A stretch of DNA of 64,000 nucleotides. Origin: Infirmifilum sp. Its GTDB lineage: Archaea; Thermoproteota; Thermoprotei; Thermofilales; Thermofilaceae. This document shows positions 59,602-64,000 of the stretch, in pieces (within the stretch, counting starts at the first letter, position 1; every line of letters begins with the position of its first letter). The notes beneath the pieces were generated by a model. It was not told where the DNA came from and did not search any database. It worked only from the letters and a program-made list of their open reading frames with translations. The translations under genes and the position numbers were made by a program. Location: assembly GCA_041287245.1 (NCBI GenBank), contig JBEULP010000117.1, positions 32,001 to 96,000 of the forward strand, written 5' to 3'.

Positions 59602-60633
59602 ATGATCCAAATGTTGGATACTAGTCTACTTCAAAAGCTCGTCAATGCATTAGGACCTTCGGGTTTTGAAGAGCAAGTTCGTGAAGTAATAATTAAAACC
59701 TTAGAAGCACTAGGCTACGAACCCATAGTTGATAGTATAGGAAACGTATACGTTATCTTAGGAGAAGGCAAGCCGTCAATAGTGCTCGCAGCTCACATGG
59801 ACGAAGTTGGAGTTATGGCTCGCTTCGTGGACGAGAATGGGTTTATAAGATTTGTGCCTCTCGGCGGACTAAATCCCCTCTCAATAATAGGACACGAGGT
59901 CATCCTTTTAGGAGAAAAAGGAGAGGTTCGAGGTGTTGTTGGGTCGAATCCGCCCCATGTTCAAGGGCAGGCTCAGCCAGTACCTTCCATAGAAGATTTG
60001 TTCATCGACGTTGGAGCTGCTTCAAGACAAGAGGTCCAGGAACTAGGTATCGCTCCAGGGACGCCCGGCACCTTTTCACCAAACTTCAAGGAGAATGAGA
60101 AGCTGGTATTCGGTAAGGCACTCGACGACCGTCTTGGCTGCTATGTCCTTCTAAAGGCTTTGGAAGAAGCCACCCCAAGCGGAAATGGTTCAGTTGTTAT
60201 AGCCTTCACAGTGCAAGAGGAGGTGGGGCTTAGAGGCGCATCTGTACTGGCAAAAAACATAGAGCCTAACTTCGCTATCGCCATAGAGGGAACAATAGCT
60301 AATGATGTTCCTTTTTCCACTCCAGACAAAGTTGTCACAAGGATCGGTGGGGGACCAGCCCTTAGGGTAATGGATAGAAGTATCATCGGCTCATCAAGGC
60401 TATTAGCACATGTAAAAGGGTTGTTGGCGAAGAGGAGTCTACCCTATCAGCTTCAGCTTTCACCTTATAGTGCAACGGATAGTGGTAGCTTTGCCCTATG
60501 GGGTGCAGAGGCTACCGCTATCTCCATACCAGTAAGGTATATTCATGCCCCCATTTCGATCGCGCTGAAATCAGACATCGAGCTTACAGTCGAAGCCTTG
60601 AAAGCGGTCATAAACAACCCGTTTCCGGCGTAA
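59602..60633 (+). CDS. M42 family metallo-aminopeptidase (TET-like)
   Basis: GPSGFE, AAHMDEVG, KALDDR, VQEEVGLRGA, RYIH-P. Confidence 0.93.
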   Translation: MIQMLDTSLLQKLVNALGPSGFEEQVREVIIKTLEALGYEPIVDSIGNVYVILGEGKPSIVLAAHMDEVGVMARFVDENGFIRFVPLGGLNPLSIIGHEVILLGEKGEVRGVVGSNPPHVQGQAQPVPSIEDLFIDVGAASRQEVQELGIAPGTPGTFSPNFKENEKLVFGKALDDRLGCYVLLKALEEATPSGNGSVVIAFTVQEEVGLRGASVLAKNIEPNFAIAIEGTIANDVPFSTPDKVVTRIGGGPALRVMDRSIIGSSRLLAHVKGLLAKRSLPYQLQLSPYSATDSGSFALWGAEATAISIPVRYIHAPISIALKSDIELTVEALKAVINNPFPA

Positions 60634-60637
60634 ACAT

Positions 60638-61060
60638 ATGGAACTTTGTAGAAGTCTAATCGGACTGGGCTCAAACATACATATGGTTTACATCCCAGCA
60701 TTATTTTTACAGCCCTTTCGAGAATCTCTTAGAGAGAAAATAGCCGTTATAGCAGGGACAGTGGATGGAGGAGCAGCATATGTGCGCGAGGTAATGGAGC
60801 TTACGGGTAGAAACGAGGAAGGTTTATTCCGAACCGGTTTTCAAGACTGGTTCCACGCTGTTAAGGAGTTGGAGAAGAGGGGCCACAAGTACTTGGGGTT
60901 GCTACACAATCATCCTTACGCTAGCCCTACTCCTTCTCCATTAGACGTCGAACGTATGTCGGAGTGTCCGGGTGAGATATGGATAATAGTTTCTTCATCG
61001 GATGTTAAAGGCTGGGTTTTTGGCTCGGAGCTAATAGAGGTTAGACTTGTGATAACCTAA
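60638..61060 (+). CDS. JAB1/MPN+ (JAMM) metalloprotease
   Basis: Upstream Glu (EKIAVIAG) and HNHP-x6-S-x2-D (HNHPYASPTPSPLD). Confidence 0.85.
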   Translation: MELCRSLIGLGSNIHMVYIPALFLQPFRESLREKIAVIAGTVDGGAAYVREVMELTGRNEEGLFRTGFQDWFHAVKELEKRGHKYLGLLHNHPYASPTPSPLDVERMSECPGEIWIIVSSSDVKGWVFGSELIEVRLVIT

Positions 61061-61107
61061 AGTATTTTCTAAAGTTTGATGGCAAACAAGGTTGTTTTAA
61101 GTGAGAA

Positions 61108-61671
61108 TTAACTTTGAAGATAACCTTTAAACATATCACCAAATACTTTCGTGAAAATCTGGAAAGCCTCTTCTCCATAAAGACAAAAAACTATTTTCTC
61201 CAAGTTTCTCAGCTTCACGATGTTTTCAAGAATCACCCGAGCCGCTATTTCGGCGCATCTAACCAGGGGGTACCCGTATACGCCTGTGGAGATGGCGGGA
61301 AGAGCCACGCTTTTAGCTCCAAGCTCATCAGCCTTAAAAAGAGCATTTGCGAAGGCCGATGCAAGTTTCTTGTCGCCGTCAGGATCTCCATACCGTGGCC
61401 CCACAGCATGGATAACGTACCTAGCCTTAAGACGACCAGCGCCTGTAACAGCAACTTCACCAGTCGGGACTGGACCATACCTGCTAACGTATTCGTCACT
61501 TTCACGTTGAATCTGATCTCCTCCTTTTCTTACAATCGCAAGGGCTACGCCACCTCCGTGTTTCAAGTAGCTATTGGCAGCGTTGACTATGACGTCAACC
61601 TCCAGTTCCGTAATATCGCCTTGTAGGACCTCTATGGTTTTTCCACTTACTGGAAAAACAACCCGTGACAT
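61108..61671 (-). CDS. macrodomain protein (ADP-ribose binding/hydrolase)
   Basis: GDIT, VNAAN, HGGGVA, VIHAVGP, PAISTGVYG. Confidence 0.95.
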   Translation of the reverse strand: MSRVVFPVSGKTIEVLQGDITELEVDVIVNAANSYLKHGGGVALAIVRKGGDQIQRESDEYVSRYGPVPTGEVAVTGAGRLKARYVIHAVGPRYGDPDGDKKLASAFANALFKADELGAKSVALPAISTGVYGYPLVRCAEIAARVILENIVKLRNLEKIVFCLYGEEAFQIFTKVFGDMFKGYLQS

Positions 61672-61738
61672 AAGTACTGAAATTTAAAAAGAGATTAAAG
61701 CATAAAAGGTTTTTTCGCATCTAGGATGAGGGGCTGCT

Positions 61739-63010
61739 GTGTCAGAAGTGAAAATATCCCGTGGATACACGCTCTTAGTATATGGACCTGCTAAGGTGAG
61801 AATAGAAGAAGGAGCGGGGAGAATATTTGGAGCTAGGATTGAAGCTGGCCAAGAAATTATAGCAGAGCCTACCAAAGCCCTTCCGGTGTATGCAGTTGAA
61901 GATCTACGCCTTAAGGTGGAGACGGGGACTTTTTCCTTTTATCCTGGCGACACTATTCCCAAGGAATGGTATGAAACGGCGGAACTGTTAAAAAACCGTG
62001 AAAACCGTAGGATCCTGATAGTAGGTGATATTGACAGCGGTAAAACGTCCCTGGCCACCCTCATAGTAAATACCCTTGTGAGCTCCGGAGATAAGGTTGC
62101 AGTCATAGATGCTGATGTAGGTCAGAAAAGTATAGGCCCTCCAGGCACTGTGGGGCTAGGCATCACTGAGACTGAAGTTTACTCTCTCTCAAATATCCCT
62201 ATGCTTGATGCCTTTTTTATCGGATCCAATACTCCTGCAGGGATCATTCACAGGAGTATTTCCGGTGTCGCAGCACTTACGCGGAAAGGCGAAAAAGTTG
62301 CCGATCGCCTAGTAATCGATACAACCGGCTGGGTAACTGAACATGAGGGGAGAGAGTTAAAGTTTTTTAAAACTCTACTCGTAGAGCCGGACGTAGTTCT
62401 CCTCGTAGGAGGATCCACCCAACTGGCACAGGTTGCTCGGGTGTTAGAGTTATTCTCAAGGATTTTACGCGTCCCAAAGCCACCAGTAGTCTACGGTAGA
62501 GACAAGACGGATAGAAGAGAATACCGAAAGTATGTCTATTCGAAGTATCTCGCGCAAGCCGCGGTGAAAAGTATTCCTCTGGAAAAAACTCGATTTGCAT
62601 ATTCCTTTTTCACGGGTGGATATCCTTTACAATCCAATGAGGTCGCAAGGCTTCAAAGCCTGCTAGGCGTTGAGGTATACTGGGCTGAGAGAGCCGACGA
62701 CTACTTAGGTGCGGTCGTCGCTTCACAGCCTATACAGCAAAGCATAGAACTGGTGAAAAACTTGTTTTCAGTAAGGCATGTTAGAATACTTACAGGCTAC
62801 GAGTTAATTCACAGTGTGGTAGGCTTCATGTCAAAAAGTAGGTACTGCGAGGGGATAGGTGTAATTACAGGATTTAAACCACGGGAGAAGATAATAAACG
62901 TCTTGACAAATGTTGAAAACTTAGAAGATAAGCTCTGGCTCTTCAGTACGCAGAAGATCAACCCTTCAACCTACGAGGAGGAGGCGGGGCTAGAAAAGTG
63001 GAGTGTCTAA
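61739..63010 (+). CDS. Clp1/Grc3 family polynucleotide 5'-hydroxyl kinase
   Basis: GDIDSGKT, DADVGQ, GPPG, IDTTGW, R-x3-R lid (DRREYR). Confidence 0.9.
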   Translation: MSEVKISRGYTLLVYGPAKVRIEEGAGRIFGARIEAGQEIIAEPTKALPVYAVEDLRLKVETGTFSFYPGDTIPKEWYETAELLKNRENRRILIVGDIDSGKTSLATLIVNTLVSSGDKVAVIDADVGQKSIGPPGTVGLGITETEVYSLSNIPMLDAFFIGSNTPAGIIHRSISGVAALTRKGEKVADRLVIDTTGWVTEHEGRELKFFKTLLVEPDVVLLVGGSTQLAQVARVLELFSRILRVPKPPVVYGRDKTDRREYRKYVYSKYLAQAAVKSIPLEKTRFAYSFFTGGYPLQSNEVARLQSLLGVEVYWAERADDYLGAVVASQPIQQSIELVKNLFSVRHVRILTGYELIHSVVGFMSKSRYCEGIGVITGFKPREKIINVLTNVENLEDKLWLFSTQKINPSTYEEEAGLEKWSV

Positions 63011-63028
63011 TAAAAAAGTAGAGATATT

Positions 63029-64000
63029 TTATTCAGCATCCACGAACCTGTCCTTTAACTTTGCCAGCACCTGTGGAAGTGTTGTGTACTCCATCTCTTC
63101 AGGGCCTAACCGGTGGGGCATAAAAGGACCATGACGCCGCATATAATCGGCGATCTCCATGGCTATCCTCCTAGTATGGTCGAAGGCAGGGTCATCGAAA
63201 AGATCGACGGGTCCCTCCAACATGCCATCATGCAGTTGAAAGCCTAACCCCACCACCCTTGGCGGCCCATCAAAACGTGTGCACTTAGCATTCTTTAGGC
63301 TCACAGGAACCAACGGGCCTGTGTGGCTACCCCGCATCCACCCTGCGACTAGATGTGGAAAGGCGAACGCCTCTAGTACCTCCCCAGTAGCTGGAAGTCC
63401 GTGCTGTGCACGTATTAAAAGAACCGGGTCGTCTTTACCCACATATCTTCCAGCTATAAGAGAGAGCCTTGTAACACTCGCAGAAGCGGCTATTGCATTA
63501 TCGCTTTTCCGCCAAATCTTCCTGATAACATACCTACCAGGTGTGCCTATAAGAGCTAGAAGATCATACAATTCCTCCGGAGCCCCCAGCTTAACCGCTT
63601 TGTTGTTGATCAGGTCAAGAACCTCGAAGACAAATCCGTCATGCATCGTAGGATCAATAACCAGACCTGCTGTGTTGAAGGGATCCGCAAAGATCTTATA
63701 GAGCTTGAGATTCCACGCGCCAGGCTCAGTCTTATCCGCTGAAAAAACCAATATTGGCTCACTCTTTCTCTCCTCGAACTCCATCTCAGCTACACCTGGA
63801 CCCAAACCCCTCACGTTTCCAGAGAATGTATCGCTGAGAAGGTCTTGTCCAGCCCCATACAACTTCAGCGGCTTGCTGATCTTCTCGGTTGCTTCCACAA
63901 AAATATCCCAAGCTAGCTTGTGAATCTCTGGATTGTTTTCGCCCTTTGTATGCGTCATTAGAAGCTGAAGGTCGTCCCCGACATGGTAAACATAGTAGTC
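63029..64000 (-). CDS. fbp: fructose-1,6-bisphosphate aldolase/phosphatase (5' end outside the window)
   Basis: YGAGQDLL, SGNVRG-GPG, DKTEPGA, YVGKDDP, GWMRGSH, FDGPP, MEYTTLP. Confidence 0.96.
   Translation of the reverse strand, partial: DYYVYHVGDDLQLLMTHTKGENNPEIHKLAWDIFVEATEKISKPLKLYGAGQDLLSDTFSGNVRGLGPGVAEMEFEERKSEPILVFSADKTEPGAWNLKLYKIFADPFNTAGLVIDPTMHDGFVFEVLDLINNKAVKLGAPEELYDLLALIGTPGRYVIRKIWRKSDNAIAASASVTRLSLIAGRYVGKDDPVLLIRAQHGLPATGEVLEAFAFPHLVAGWMRGSHTGPLVPVSLKNAKCTRFDGPPRVVGLGFQLHDGMLEGPVDLFDDPAFDHTRRIAMEIADYMRRHGPFMPHRLGPEEMEYTTLPQVLAKLKDRFVDAE

Noticed and set aside
61114..61626. 170-aa plus-strand ORF and the many similar 60-150 aa overlapping ORFs in the track
   Set aside because: Shadow ORFs on the opposite strand or in alternate frames of confidently identified genes
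1..64000. CRISPR arrays, tRNA/rRNA genes, IS elements and integrases
   Set aside because: No repeat-spacer pattern, cloverleaf, rRNA-like stretch or transposase motif seen; intergenic gaps are short

Overview
A gene-dense archaeal core-genome segment, most consistent with a crenarchaeote of the Thermofilum type (inference from archaeal-type ribosomal proteins, Alba, a crenarchaeal single-OB SSB, GGTG-type Shine-Dalgarno sites and TATA promoters). It holds three rearranged ribosomal-protein blocks: uL24-eS4-uL5-uS14-uS8-eL32-eL19-uL18-uS5-uL30-uL15-secY, uL3-uL4-uL23-uL2, and uS19-uL11-uL1-uL10-alaS. Other content is translation and RNA-metabolism genes (NAC, RtcA, Cgi121, THUMP, ABCE1, Clp1-like kinase, macrodomain), a MoxR/DUF58 cluster, TldD/PmbA, a tungsten AOR-MoaD-ModE operon, and the 3' part of FBP aldolase/phosphatase. 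I saw no rRNA, tRNA, CRISPR array or mobile element. Most notable: (1) a four-gene small-GTPase module with two free Roadblock proteins and a membrane-anchored coiled-coil protein that appears to end in a third Roadblock-like domain; (2) a box C/D guide sRNA absent from the ORF track; (3) a ModE-type palindrome upstream of the AOR operon; (4) a membrane protein with an apparently degenerate AAA+ domain; (5) a tail-less uL10 with no adjacent P1, and no uL6 at its usual position; (6) a 37-aa basic small ORF with a strong SD. All product calls come from motif recognition, not database searches.
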